DNA from: Verrucomicrobiales bacterium
GTDB lineage: Bacteria; Verrucomicrobiota; Verrucomicrobiia; Limisphaerales; UBA9464
Assembly (NCBI GenBank): GCA_016793645.1
Contig: JAEUHD010000212.1
Coordinates: forward strand, 37-64,036
Direction: 5' to 3'
Length of the DNA stretch: 64,000 bases
Shown: positions 29,497 through 38,925 of the stretch, piece after piece
Layout: each line of letters starts with the position of its first letter
Numbering within the stretch: position 1 is the stretch's first letter
Notes under the pieces: generated by a model
Databases searched by the model: none
Told to the model about the DNA's origin: nothing
The model's input: only the letters and a program-made list of their open reading frames with translations
Program-made: the position numbers and the translations under genes

Positions 29497-31425
29497 ATGC
29501 CGCGCCACCTCGGGCCTCTTCTGGCGTTGGCGGGTCTCGTTGCCGCTGGGATTCCAATGGCGCGGGGCGCCGGGAACCTTGTTCTGGAGGAACCGCGGGA
29601 ACTTCAGGTTGTCCAGCGATCCGAACCGGACCTCGGGAACATCCCCATCTCCGGAGTCTGCCCTTCGGCGGTCGATGGCGCCGAACTTGAGGCCCGCCTC
29701 GGGACAACATCCGGAAGCAATTCCTGGCGGGTCCTCACATCGTTCACCAACGGGCAGACCCGATTCCGGACCGGGCTGCAGGCTCCCGCAGGAGGATGGC
29801 AGTCGGTGCAGGTCCGGATCCGCAGAGGCGCGGAAGTGCTGTTCGAAACCGAGGTGGCACACGTCGGGGTCGGAGAAGTCTTCGTCGTCGCCGGCCAATC
29901 CAATTCCGCCAATCACGGTGAGGAACGTCAACGGACCGCGTCCGGGCTCGTGTCCGTACTGGCCGGAGATCGGTGGCAGGCCGCCCACGACCCGCAGCCC
30001 GGGGCCAGTGGCGACGGAGGCAGTTTCATTCCTCCGTTCGCGGACGCCATGGCCTCACGATTTGGAGTTCCCGTGGGCATCGTGGCCGTGGGTGCCGGAG
30101 GAACCAGCGTTCGGGAGTGGCTTCCCCGGGGTTCGAGATTTCCCAATCCCCCCACGGTCATGGGGAACGTCCAGCAGGCATCCGACGGCACCTGGGAAAG
30201 CAGGGGACTTCTTTTCGACACACTCAGCGCCCGCCTTCGGGCCCTGGGACCGCGCGGAGCACGGGCCGTGCTTTGGCACCAGGGCGAATCGGACGCCCAT
30301 CAGCAGGACCCCACCCGGACCCTCTCCGGGACATTATATGCGAAATTCCTCGAACAGCTGATCGATGCCTCTCAACAGGCGGCCGGATGGAAGATCCCCT
30401 GGTTCGTCGCCCAGGTGAGTTATCATACTCCCGACGACCCCGGGTCTCCGGACATCCGCTCCGCCCAGGCGTCCCTCTGGAACTCAGGGATCGCTTTCGA
30501 GGGCCCCGACACCGACACCCTCACCGCAGCGTATCGGGACGGAAACGGCAAAGGCGTCCACTTCAATGGGCATGGTCTTCGAACCCATGCCCGGCTTTGG
30601 ACGGAAAAGGTTTCCCCTTGGCTCGAATCATTGGGCAATTCCCTCCGCACCGCACCCGCGCTGGAACCCCGGCCCGCCGGAGGTTCCGGCGCCTTCGAGC
30701 CTCCCGGTTTGGAACCCTTCAGCATCGGCGGCCACCGGGCCTTCGTTTTCCTTCCACCGCCATCCCTGCGCCGGCATCCCCAGCCGTGGATCCTCTACGC
30801 GCCCACACTTCCCGGACTGCCGGACGGTGCGGAGCGTTGGATGCACGAACGATTCCTATCGGCGGGCATTGCCGTTGCCGGAGTGGATGTCGGAGAGGGG
30901 TACGGAAGTCCGAAATCCCATGCCGCGTTCGATCTACTCCATCGGGAACTCGTCGAGTTTAGAGGGTTCGCAGCCCGCCCCTGCCTGCTCGGACGCAGTC
31001 GCGGCGGACTCTGGGTCACCAGTTGGGCCATCGCCCATCCGGACCGGGTGGCGGGGATCGCCGGCATCTACCCGGTGTTCGATCTTCGCTCGTATCCCGG
31101 ACTAGCCCGGGCCGCCTCGGCCTACGGACTGACGCCGGATGAACTCGGAGCGCGATCGGCAGAACTGAATCCCGTGGAACGAGTCTCCGTCCTCGCCGCC
31201 GCCCGGGTGCCGGTGATGCTGATCCACGGCGACGCGGACACGGTGGTCCCCCTGCCCGTCAATTCGGGCGAGGTGGTCCGTCGTTACCAGGGCGCCGGTG
31301 CCGAGTCCCTGATCCGGCTCATCACACTCCCCGGCGAAGGACACAACTTTTCCGAAGCCTTCTTCCGAAACGAGGAACTCGTCGAGTTCGCCATCGCCCG
31401 GGCCCGCGCTGGCGCCGGGCCCTGA
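29497..31425 (+). CDS. Sialate O-acetylesterase-like (SASA/SGNH) domain fused to an alpha/beta hydrolase
   Basis: Signal peptide, VVAGQSNSANHG (GQSN motif) and VLWHQGESD. The C-terminal half has GRSRGGLW...IHGDADTVVP, typical of an alpha/beta-fold esterase. Confidence 0.75.
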   Translation: MPRHLGPLLALAGLVAAGIPMARGAGNLVLEEPRELQVVQRSEPDLGNIPISGVCPSAVDGAELEARLGTTSGSNSWRVLTSFTNGQTRFRTGLQAPAGGWQSVQVRIRRGAEVLFETEVAHVGVGEVFVVAGQSNSANHGEERQRTASGLVSVLAGDRWQAAHDPQPGASGDGGSFIPPFADAMASRFGVPVGIVAVGAGGTSVREWLPRGSRFPNPPTVMGNVQQASDGTWESRGLLFDTLSARLRALGPRGARAVLWHQGESDAHQQDPTRTLSGTLYAKFLEQLIDASQQAAGWKIPWFVAQVSYHTPDDPGSPDIRSAQASLWNSGIAFEGPDTDTLTAAYRDGNGKGVHFNGHGLRTHARLWTEKVSPWLESLGNSLRTAPALEPRPAGGSGAFEPPGLEPFSIGGHRAFVFLPPPSLRRHPQPWILYAPTLPGLPDGAERWMHERFLSAGIAVAGVDVGEGYGSPKSHAAFDLLHRELVEFRGFAARPCLLGRSRGGLWVTSWAIAHPDRVAGIAGIYPVFDLRSYPGLARAASAYGLTPDELGARSAELNPVERVSVLAAARVPVMLIHGDADTVVPLPVNSGEVVRRYQGAGAESLIRLITLPGEGHNFSEAFFRNEELVEFAIARARAGAGP

Positions 31426-31430
31426 TTCCA

Positions 31431-33653
31431 ATGGCGAACCACCGCCCCTCCTCCGTCGCGCAACACCCCCGCTTCACCGCTCCCGTGAGTCTGAAACCCC
31501 TGCTCTTTCGAGCCCTTTCGCGCGTTCCTGCCCGGGTCGCCCTCGTCCTCGCTCTCCTCCGGTGGATTTCTCCCGTTCCCGCAGAACCGATGCCGGAGTT
31601 CTTCGTGGCAACCTCGGGATCCGATTCAAATCCCGGCACCCGGGATCGTCCCGTGGCGACCTTGGAACGAGCGCGTGATCTCCTGCGTTCATCGGGGGCG
31701 ACCCGTGGCTCACCACCGGGTCCCGCAGTCATTCATCTCGGTCCGGGCGACCACGCGAGAACGTCACCCTTGGAACTCACCGCAGACGATTCGGGACTTC
31801 CTGGATCCCCCGTGGTGTGGCGGGCGGAACCCGGCACCCAGGCGCGACTCCTCGGTGGACGCCGACTGGGCGGATTCAAGCCGGTGACGGACCCGGAAGT
31901 CCTGCGCCGCCTCCCCGTGGCGGCACGGGCGCACGTCCAGGAGTGCGACCTCCGCGCCCTGGACATCCGCGAATTCGGGGAAATGAAGTCCCGCGGATTC
32001 GGCCGGCCGACGGCGGTGGCCCACTGCGAACTCTTCCATGGCGGCCAACCCATGACCCTCGCCCGCTGGCCCAACGCCGGCGCATTCACCTCCATCGCCG
32101 GATTCCCCGACACGTCGGGCCACAACGATGACCATGGCGGCAACATCGGACGACTGGAGGATGGATTCCTGTTTGAGGGGGATCGGCCCCGGAACTGGAA
32201 ACCATCGACGAACCTTTGGGTGCACGGCTACTGGGCCTGGGACTGGGCCAATTCCTACGAACGGGTCGTATCGCTTGATCCGGAAACGCGCCGGATCCGG
32301 ACCGCCCCGCCCTACGGGCTCTACGGGTTTCGCAAGGGTCAGCGCTTCTTCTTCCTGAACATCCTCGAGGAACTCGACGAACCCGGGGAGTGGTTCCTGG
32401 ACCCCGGCCTGGCCAAACTCTTCTTCTGGCCACCGGAGGTCTTGGGAACGGAACCCGAGTCCCTCCTGTCCCTGCTGGACGGCCCGCTGATCCGCATGAC
32501 CGGCGCCTCGAATGTGATTATCGCCGGCGTGATTTTGGAGGCGACCCGCGGGAATGGCGTCGAGATTCGCCAGGGTTCGTCAAACCTCATCGCCGGATGC
32601 GTCCTTCGGAACATCGGCAACACTGGGGTCCTCATCGAATCGGGTATCGGACATGGTGTCTCCGGATGCGACCTGCAGGACGAGGGGGATTCCGGCGTGT
32701 CCCTCTCGGGCGGTGATCGACAGACGCTGACACCGGGCGGGCACTTCGTGGAAAACTGCCACTTCAGGCGCCAGGGCCGATGGTCCCGCTGCTATTCCCC
32801 GGCCATTCATCTCGTGGGTGTCGGTCTGCGCGCCTCCCACAACCTCATTGAGGATCATCCACACTGCGCGATTTTGTTCTGGGGCAATGATCACCGGATC
32901 GACTTCAACGAAATCCACCATGTCGCACTCGAGACGGGCGATGTGGGGGCCATCTACACCGGACGCAACTTCACCTTCCGGGGCAACCGCATCCGCAACA
33001 ATTTCATCCACGACACCGGCGGCGTGGGCATGGGTTCGATGGGGGTCTACATGGACGACTGCGTCAGCGGCACGGAGATCTCAGGAAACGTGTTCCACCG
33101 GGTCCAGCGCGCCGTCTTCCTCGGCGGCGGACGGGATCATCGGGTCTACGAAAACGTCTTTGTGGACTGCAATCCGGCCGTCCAACTGGACGGACGCGGT
33201 CTCGACCGCTCCCCGGTTTGGCGCGACATGGTGGACAAAACCATGCGGGCCGGTCTCGCCGAAGTCCCGGCGGAGTTGTATCGCCGCCGGTATCCGGAAT
33301 TGAAATCCCTGGATGCCGACTACGGCCCACCGGGTGGTCCCGCCCTCACCGGCGAATCCTTTCGGGGCGTACCGCCCACCGGAAACCGGGTGAAGGGCAA
33401 CCTGGCCGTTGGCAAATGGTTGGAGATCGGTTGGAACGCCACACCAAGCGATCTCGTCGCCCAGGACAACATCCTCATCGAAAACCCGGGATTCGTGCGC
33501 GCCCCCGGGACGCCAGCGCGGGCCACGGATTTCGCCCTTCGCGACGACGCCCCCGCACTCCAGGCGGGATTCCCACGACTCCCTCTGGGCCAAATCGGGC
33601 TTCAGGAGGATGCCTGGCGGCGGCAGCTTCCCGGCCGCTCCAACGCCCCCTGA
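31431..33653 (+). CDS. Right-handed parallel beta-helix repeat protein (pectate-lyase-fold), secreted
   Basis: FFVATSGSDSNPGTRDRPVATLERARDLL, followed by repeated NVIIAG..L......GV.I / H.V.GC.L beta-helix rungs. Confidence 0.75.
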   Translation: MANHRPSSVAQHPRFTAPVSLKPLLFRALSRVPARVALVLALLRWISPVPAEPMPEFFVATSGSDSNPGTRDRPVATLERARDLLRSSGATRGSPPGPAVIHLGPGDHARTSPLELTADDSGLPGSPVVWRAEPGTQARLLGGRRLGGFKPVTDPEVLRRLPVAARAHVQECDLRALDIREFGEMKSRGFGRPTAVAHCELFHGGQPMTLARWPNAGAFTSIAGFPDTSGHNDDHGGNIGRLEDGFLFEGDRPRNWKPSTNLWVHGYWAWDWANSYERVVSLDPETRRIRTAPPYGLYGFRKGQRFFFLNILEELDEPGEWFLDPGLAKLFFWPPEVLGTEPESLLSLLDGPLIRMTGASNVIIAGVILEATRGNGVEIRQGSSNLIAGCVLRNIGNTGVLIESGIGHGVSGCDLQDEGDSGVSLSGGDRQTLTPGGHFVENCHFRRQGRWSRCYSPAIHLVGVGLRASHNLIEDHPHCAILFWGNDHRIDFNEIHHVALETGDVGAIYTGRNFTFRGNRIRNNFIHDTGGVGMGSMGVYMDDCVSGTEISGNVFHRVQRAVFLGGGRDHRVYENVFVDCNPAVQLDGRGLDRSPVWRDMVDKTMRAGLAEVPAELYRRRYPELKSLDADYGPPGGPALTGESFRGVPPTGNRVKGNLAVGKWLEIGWNATPSDLVAQDNILIENPGFVRAPGTPARATDFALRDDAPALQAGFPRLPLGQIGLQEDAWRRQLPGRSNAP

Positions 33654-33669
33654 CCCCGGGAGTGCTGAT

Positions 33670-35229
33670 TCAGGACGGACGCCCCGGGTTCGAGGGCTTT
33701 CCGGGAATCAGCGACACAACCCCCGCCAGAACCGCGAACGTCGCCAACAACGCCAGTGTTTCCACGGCGGCGCGGACCAACTGAGGTCCCGCGATGACCG
33801 CCCCGCGGGTTCCGCTCATCCCCATCTCCGCGAGACGCCAGGACAGATACGCCGATCCGGAGGCGACCCCCAGGCTGGTGCCCGAGACCCGGAGCAGGTT
33901 CAACAGGGCACCGGCCTGCCCGGAATGATCCGCAGGTGCCGCCTCCATCGTGCCGTGGTTGTTGGGGGCGATGAAGAGTCCCAAGCCCGCCCCAAACAGG
34001 GCCAGCGCGGAAAGATCCACGATCCGTCCCCACGCCGGGTTGGACAGGCAGACCGCGAGCCCACCGATGGAAACTCCGCACAGGGTCATGCCCAGGACAC
34101 AAAGTCTTCGGATCCCGAATCGCTTGCTCCACCCGCCGGTCAGGGAGGCGACGATCCCCAGCGCCGCGGGCAGCACCGCCAGGCGCATTCCCGCGACTTC
34201 GGGTCGATCACCCAATCCGCGCACCAGGGCGAAGGACATCACAAAGAACATTCCGTAAAGCAGGGCATAGCCGAGAATCGTGCCGAGGCCACCGAAGGAA
34301 AACGCAGGGCTGCGAAACAACCGGAGATCCACCAGGGGATAGGGACACGCATTCTCATGACGCACAAACAGTCCGATCATCACCACCGCCACAGCGGCAC
34401 AACCCAGAATCCGCGGGGACAGGATTCCCCAGGCACTGGATTGATTGAGCACCAGCATGAACGCGGTCAATCCAGGCATCAGCAGGACTGCGCCCCAACC
34501 ATCAAATCGCCGGTCTCCCTTCGTGCCCGACGTTTGCGGCAGCACCAGCCACCCCAACACCGCCGCCGCCAGCCCGAAGGGAACCGTCACCCAGAAGATC
34601 CAGCGCCATCCCAGCGTCCCCAGCAGGAGACCGCCCACCACGGGCCCCACGCTGACACCGATCGCCTGCGCCGCGGCAAAAATCCCCATGGCCCGCGCCC
34701 TGCGACCGGGGTCCACCGCGCGCACCAGCATGGAAATACTGTTCGCTCCCAGCATCGCACCTCCGATGCCCTGCAACGCCCGGTACGCCACCAGTTCGCC
34801 CAGGCCGCCCGCGGATCCGCACAAGGCCGAGGCGGCGGAGAAAGCCACGAATCCGACAAGATACAGGAGCTTTCGCCCAAAGAGTTCACACAGCCGTCCG
34901 AAGATCGGCAGCGTGGAGGCGAACGCGAGCAGATAGGCGAGCGAGACCCAGCTGACTCCATCGAATCCCGTGTGGAAAACCTCGCGAAGATGCGGCAGCG
35001 CCAACTGCACGATGCTGGCGTCCAACTGTCCGATAAACGCCCCGATGCAGGTCACCGCCACCACAAACCAGGGGTATCCGGGCCGCTCCGTGAAAACCCG
35101 GGCGGGCGGCGGCTCCACACCGCGTAGGAAGACATCGCGAACCCGAACGCGTCCTGTCCCGCCGTTCGACAAACCCGGTCCCGTCACACCCATTTCCCGA
35201 CCATGGGATGCCGTCCACATTTCCGCCAC
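33670..35229 (-). CDS. MFS transporter, DHA2 (EmrB/QacA, 14-TMS) type
   Basis: GAFIGQLDASIVQLALP, LFGRLCELFGRK, and many hydrophobic helices. The start may lie further downstream. Confidence 0.85.
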   Translation of the reverse strand: MAEMWTASHGREMGVTGPGLSNGGTGRVRVRDVFLRGVEPPPARVFTERPGYPWFVVAVTCIGAFIGQLDASIVQLALPHLREVFHTGFDGVSWVSLAYLLAFASTLPIFGRLCELFGRKLLYLVGFVAFSAASALCGSAGGLGELVAYRALQGIGGAMLGANSISMLVRAVDPGRRARAMGIFAAAQAIGVSVGPVVGGLLLGTLGWRWIFWVTVPFGLAAAVLGWLVLPQTSGTKGDRRFDGWGAVLLMPGLTAFMLVLNQSSAWGILSPRILGCAAVAVVMIGLFVRHENACPYPLVDLRLFRSPAFSFGGLGTILGYALLYGMFFVMSFALVRGLGDRPEVAGMRLAVLPAALGIVASLTGGWSKRFGIRRLCVLGMTLCGVSIGGLAVCLSNPAWGRIVDLSALALFGAGLGLFIAPNNHGTMEAAPADHSGQAGALLNLLRVSGTSLGVASGSAYLSWRLAEMGMSGTRGAVIAGPQLVRAAVETLALLATFAVLAGVVSLIPGKPSNPGRPS

Positions 35230-35331
35230 GGGATTCCGCCAGGGAAGAATCCCTGGGAGGAGTCCTTCCCCGGGGAACCCGCGAAAGACACTCCCTCCCT
35301 TCGGCTGCGGAAGGAGCGTGAGACGTCCCGG

Positions 35332-36756
35332 TCAAGGGGACGTTCCTCGAACAACGGCCTCGGGTGCACGCGGAACCGCCGTCCGCTCCGATTCCCAAGC
35401 CTCAAAATTCCCGTCGTCCTGGCTGTGAATCTCGGCGTGACCATCCAGAAACCCATAGGTTCGTGAGAACCCCGGGCGCCCAAAGTTTTGAAATGGTTCC
35501 TTCTCCCGAAGGACGATCACCCGCGATGGGTTGGAAACCTCCGCCAGGGATCCATGGTACACGAGTTCGTATCGATCACCATTGTCCCCGGAGGCAACGG
35601 ACGCGGCGTCCAGGAACTCCGAAGCCTCGCCCAGCGAATCCGGATACCGGTCTCCATGGGCATCGGCGTACTGCATACAGGCGAGGACCCAGTTCTTCGA
35701 CTCGTTCAGCTTTCGGATTCCATCGGCCTTGAAGGCCTCGTAGTCGGCGGGACCCGTTCCCAAGATCGGCTCGCCGCCCCCCGCGGAAACCGGGTTCGGC
35801 CTGAATGCGAGCGCCTTGAGCGCGTCCCGTTCCCGGATGAGCCGGGCCACCTCTCCGCGCAATCGAAGCAGTTCGGCGTGTTCCCCGGCGTTCGCGGGCG
35901 ACACCGGAGTCGGGATCGCGGACGCCACCTCCACGGATGCCGGTACTCGGGCGAGTTCGGCGCGGAGAATTCGCTGCTCCCGGGCCTGCCACGCCACCGT
36001 AACCGCAAGCCCCGCCGCCACCCATCCACTGCCCACCGCCACCACCTTGGGGGAGAGCCAGCCGAGCACGCCGCCCGCACCCGCCACCGAAATCCCGGAC
36101 GTGAGCGCCTGAATCGTGGACGCGAGTCCGGCAGGTGCCGACTGCACGGCCTGGGCCGCCAGGGAACCGCTCAATGCGGCGGCGGAAACCGCAACCCCGC
36201 GGGCCTCAAGTCCGCCGCGAAGCCGTTCCATCGCCCGGGTCACCCGCTTCTGCGCGGCCTCCTCACCAATGCCGAGACAATTCCCGATCTCCCGCGACGT
36301 CCGACGCTCGAAGAATCGGAGCAACAGGGCATCCCGGTCCGGATCGGGAAGGTCCGCAATGGCGGCATCCAAATGGGGGGCAAGTGCGTCCCAGGATGCT
36401 CCCTCACCTCCACTCGCCTCAGGGGAATCAGGGTTCATGACAAACTGGTGTTCGCGCGCACGCCGCCGCTCCTCGGCTCGAACCGTCTTGGCGGCGACGT
36501 TCCGGGTCGTGCGATGCAGCCACGCCGAAAGCGGCATTCCCCCACGCATCCGACGCACCACCGCTCCCGACTCACGGGCGAGGGCCACAAATACGGATTG
36601 CGCGACATCCTCCGCCAAATGGGGATCCACCACGATTCGTCGCGCGGCGGAATAGACCCAGTCGAGCTGGCTGCGGACGAGGACGGCAAACGCGGATTCC
36701 TCCCCGTCCCGCGAATATCGGGTCAGCAATTCCAATTCAGATCCAGCCTTCATCAC
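35332..36756 (-). CDS. ECF sigma-70 factor fused to a transmembrane segment and a C-terminal DGH-tail domain
   Basis: The N-terminal 190 aa or so form sigma-2/sigma-4 regions (DVAQSVFVALAR; REIGNCLGIGEEAAQKRVTRAMERLR). Then come hydrophobic helices (VVAVGSGWVAAGLAVTVAW), a coiled coil, and a domain ending in YGFLDGHAEIH. Confidence 0.8.
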   Translation of the reverse strand: MMKAGSELELLTRYSRDGEESAFAVLVRSQLDWVYSAARRIVVDPHLAEDVAQSVFVALARESGAVVRRMRGGMPLSAWLHRTTRNVAAKTVRAEERRRAREHQFVMNPDSPEASGGEGASWDALAPHLDAAIADLPDPDRDALLLRFFERRTSREIGNCLGIGEEAAQKRVTRAMERLRGGLEARGVAVSAAALSGSLAAQAVQSAPAGLASTIQALTSGISVAGAGGVLGWLSPKVVAVGSGWVAAGLAVTVAWQAREQRILRAELARVPASVEVASAIPTPVSPANAGEHAELLRLRGEVARLIRERDALKALAFRPNPVSAGGGEPILGTGPADYEAFKADGIRKLNESKNWVLACMQYADAHGDRYPDSLGEASEFLDAASVASGDNGDRYELVYHGSLAEVSNPSRVIVLREKEPFQNFGRPGFSRTYGFLDGHAEIHSQDDGNFEAWESERTAVPRAPEAVVRGTSP

Positions 36757-36872
36757 CCCTAGTTACCCGCCGCCACTCATTCCGGACAAGCCCTGCCCGA
36801 GGAATCGACAACCTCCCCGCCGGATCTGCTTTTCCATTGAGCCCACGGAAGCGACCGGCACAGGTTCGGGCG

Positions 36873-38123
36873 ATGCATCCCCCAGTCCCCCTCCGGCTCG
36901 CAGCCCTCGTCACGCTTCTGATCGGAGCCCACCCGAACCCGGTGTCCGCGGAAACTGAAAAGCACCCCTTTGTCCAGGACCGGCTCGCCATCGGAATGTG
37001 GGTGCCACCCCAGACCGACGTGGATCTGGAGTCGCGCTACCGCGAGATTGCCGACGCGAATTTCACCGTCGTCATCGGCACGGCCGGCACCAACGCCGCC
37101 GGGCAACTGGCCCTGTGCGAACGCCACGGACTCCGCGCCATCGTCTCCTCGTCGGGTCCGGTGGAGTCATTCCCCGACGGTCCCGCCTGCTGGGGTTACC
37201 TGCTGACCGACGAACCGAACCTCTCCGCCTTCCCGGAGTTGGCGAAAACGATCTCCACCCTCCGGGAAAAGCGTCCCGGGCGTCTCGGTTACGTGAACCT
37301 GTTTCCCAATTACGCCAGCCCGGAACAACTGGGTTCTCCATCCTATCCGGCGTACGTCGCCCGCTTCGTGGACACGGTCAAACCGGAGGTGCTGTCGATG
37401 GACCATTATCCGCTGATGCGTCCCGACGCCGACCGGCGCGACGCGTACTGCGAGAACCTTGAGGTGTTTCGCCTCGAGTCCCTCAAGGCCGGCATTCCGT
37501 TCTGGAACTATTTTCAATCGATGCCGTTTGCAGACCATCTGGATCCGACCGAAGCCCAAGTGCGATGGCAGATCTTCACGTCCCTCGCTTACGGGGCGAA
37601 GGGGGTCCTGTATTTCTGCTACTGGACCCCGGGCAGGGGCAACGGCGGCACGGGCGAATTCCCCAAAGGGGGCGCGCTCCTGACTGCGGAAGGAAGGAGA
37701 ACGCGCCACTACGACGAGGCCCGGCGAATCAATGGCGAACTGATCCGGCTGGGGCCGACCCTGATGTCCCTCACCAACACCGGCGTGCGCCGGCTGAAGA
37801 CCTCCACGAATGCCGCAAACCCAATTCCGGGGTTTCCCGTGCGCTCCGTGACCCGGGTCGGCAGCGATCCGGACAGCACGCTCATCGCCGGCGCCTTCAA
37901 CCAGCGCGACGGACGCAGGGCCGTGCTCCTCGTCAACCACGACATCGCCCATACCGCCTGGCCCACGGTGACCTTCGATGTCCCGTCCACGACCGTGTTC
38001 GAAGTGGACAAGGCGGCCGGACGCCTCGAACCCGTGGTCGATGACAGCCCCGAACTTCCCGGACTCCAACTCTCCTTCGGTCCCGGTGACGGCAGGCTGT
38101 TCCTGATGCCGCCAAAGCCCTGA
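36873..38123 (+). CDS. Putative secreted glycoside hydrolase-like TIM-barrel protein (GH42/GHL-like); function uncertain
   Basis: Start reset to MHPPVPLRLAALVTLLIGAHP. Contains WGYLLTDEPN, VNLFPNYA and VLSMDHYP. Confidence 0.55.
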   Translation: MHPPVPLRLAALVTLLIGAHPNPVSAETEKHPFVQDRLAIGMWVPPQTDVDLESRYREIADANFTVVIGTAGTNAAGQLALCERHGLRAIVSSSGPVESFPDGPACWGYLLTDEPNLSAFPELAKTISTLREKRPGRLGYVNLFPNYASPEQLGSPSYPAYVARFVDTVKPEVLSMDHYPLMRPDADRRDAYCENLEVFRLESLKAGIPFWNYFQSMPFADHLDPTEAQVRWQIFTSLAYGAKGVLYFCYWTPGRGNGGTGEFPKGGALLTAEGRRTRHYDEARRINGELIRLGPTLMSLTNTGVRRLKTSTNAANPIPGFPVRSVTRVGSDPDSTLIAGAFNQRDGRRAVLLVNHDIAHTAWPTVTFDVPSTTVFEVDKAAGRLEPVVDDSPELPGLQLSFGPGDGRLFLMPPKP

Positions 38124-38183
38124 TCGCGGGCGGCTCGGGTTTTCCAACCCAAGGCCCAATTCCTTGCCGGAGAATCCACCGCT

Positions 38184-38876
38184 TCAGCGAAGGTCCATGA
38201 TCACCGGCATATGATCACTATGCCCCAACCACTCCTCGGGAGAACCAATTTCAATCCCATCGAGTTTTCGCAACCACGCGGAAGAGAGAAAACCAAAATC
38301 GATGTGGTAGGGCTTCGTTTGACGGCGGTGGAGGAAGAAGGTTGGGATAGTTTCGTTTCCTTGCAGCTCTCCGGTCATCTGGTGATACGCACTACGGAAG
38401 CCCTCCTGAGCGAGTCGTTCCACCAACCTGGAGTGACTCCGGAGGCCATGTTTGGAATCCCAACGAGAATTGCTATTGAAGTCCCCAATCACGGCCGACT
38501 CCTGGGGCAATGACGCCAGCATTCCTTGATCGAGACCACAATGAACCTGTCGAACATAGCGGCTACCTCGATCCGGAGCGCAGGCCCAAATACAAACGAC
38601 ACCAATCCGACGCCTACCTTGAGAAACGCCCCGGATCGCCCACTCCACATCCTCAACCGCCTTTGCGACAATCCTGAACCTTGGGCGTGAAAGCAAAGCC
38701 AACCCCTTGTGGCGATTTCGTCCGATCCAGCAATTCAAGGTCAGTCCAATGGAATTCAAATCCTCGGCATCGGCCCTCGAACACTCCTGCAAAACGAGGA
38801 TATCCGCCTCCAGACTTGCGACTTTCTCCACCTTCCGGCGAAGCGACATGGAGCAGTTCCAGGATGCAACCCTCAT
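38184..38876 (-). CDS. Endonuclease/exonuclease/phosphatase (EEP) family protein
   Basis: Start reset to MRVASWNC (cat at 38874-38876). Contains ADILVLQEC, VIGDFNS and SDHMPVIMDL. GC content and A/T-ending codon use are visibly different from the neighbouring genes. Confidence 0.8.
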   Translation of the reverse strand: MRVASWNCSMSLRRKVEKVASLEADILVLQECSRADAEDLNSIGLTLNCWIGRNRHKGLALLSRPRFRIVAKAVEDVEWAIRGVSQGRRRIGVVCIWACAPDRGSRYVRQVHCGLDQGMLASLPQESAVIGDFNSNSRWDSKHGLRSHSRLVERLAQEGFRSAYHQMTGELQGNETIPTFFLHRRQTKPYHIDFGFLSSAWLRKLDGIEIGSPEEWLGHSDHMPVIMDLR

Positions 38877-38925
38877 AGCCAAGCATTCGATTCCGCGTCC
38901 CACTCGTGAGGCTGCATGCTCCCCG

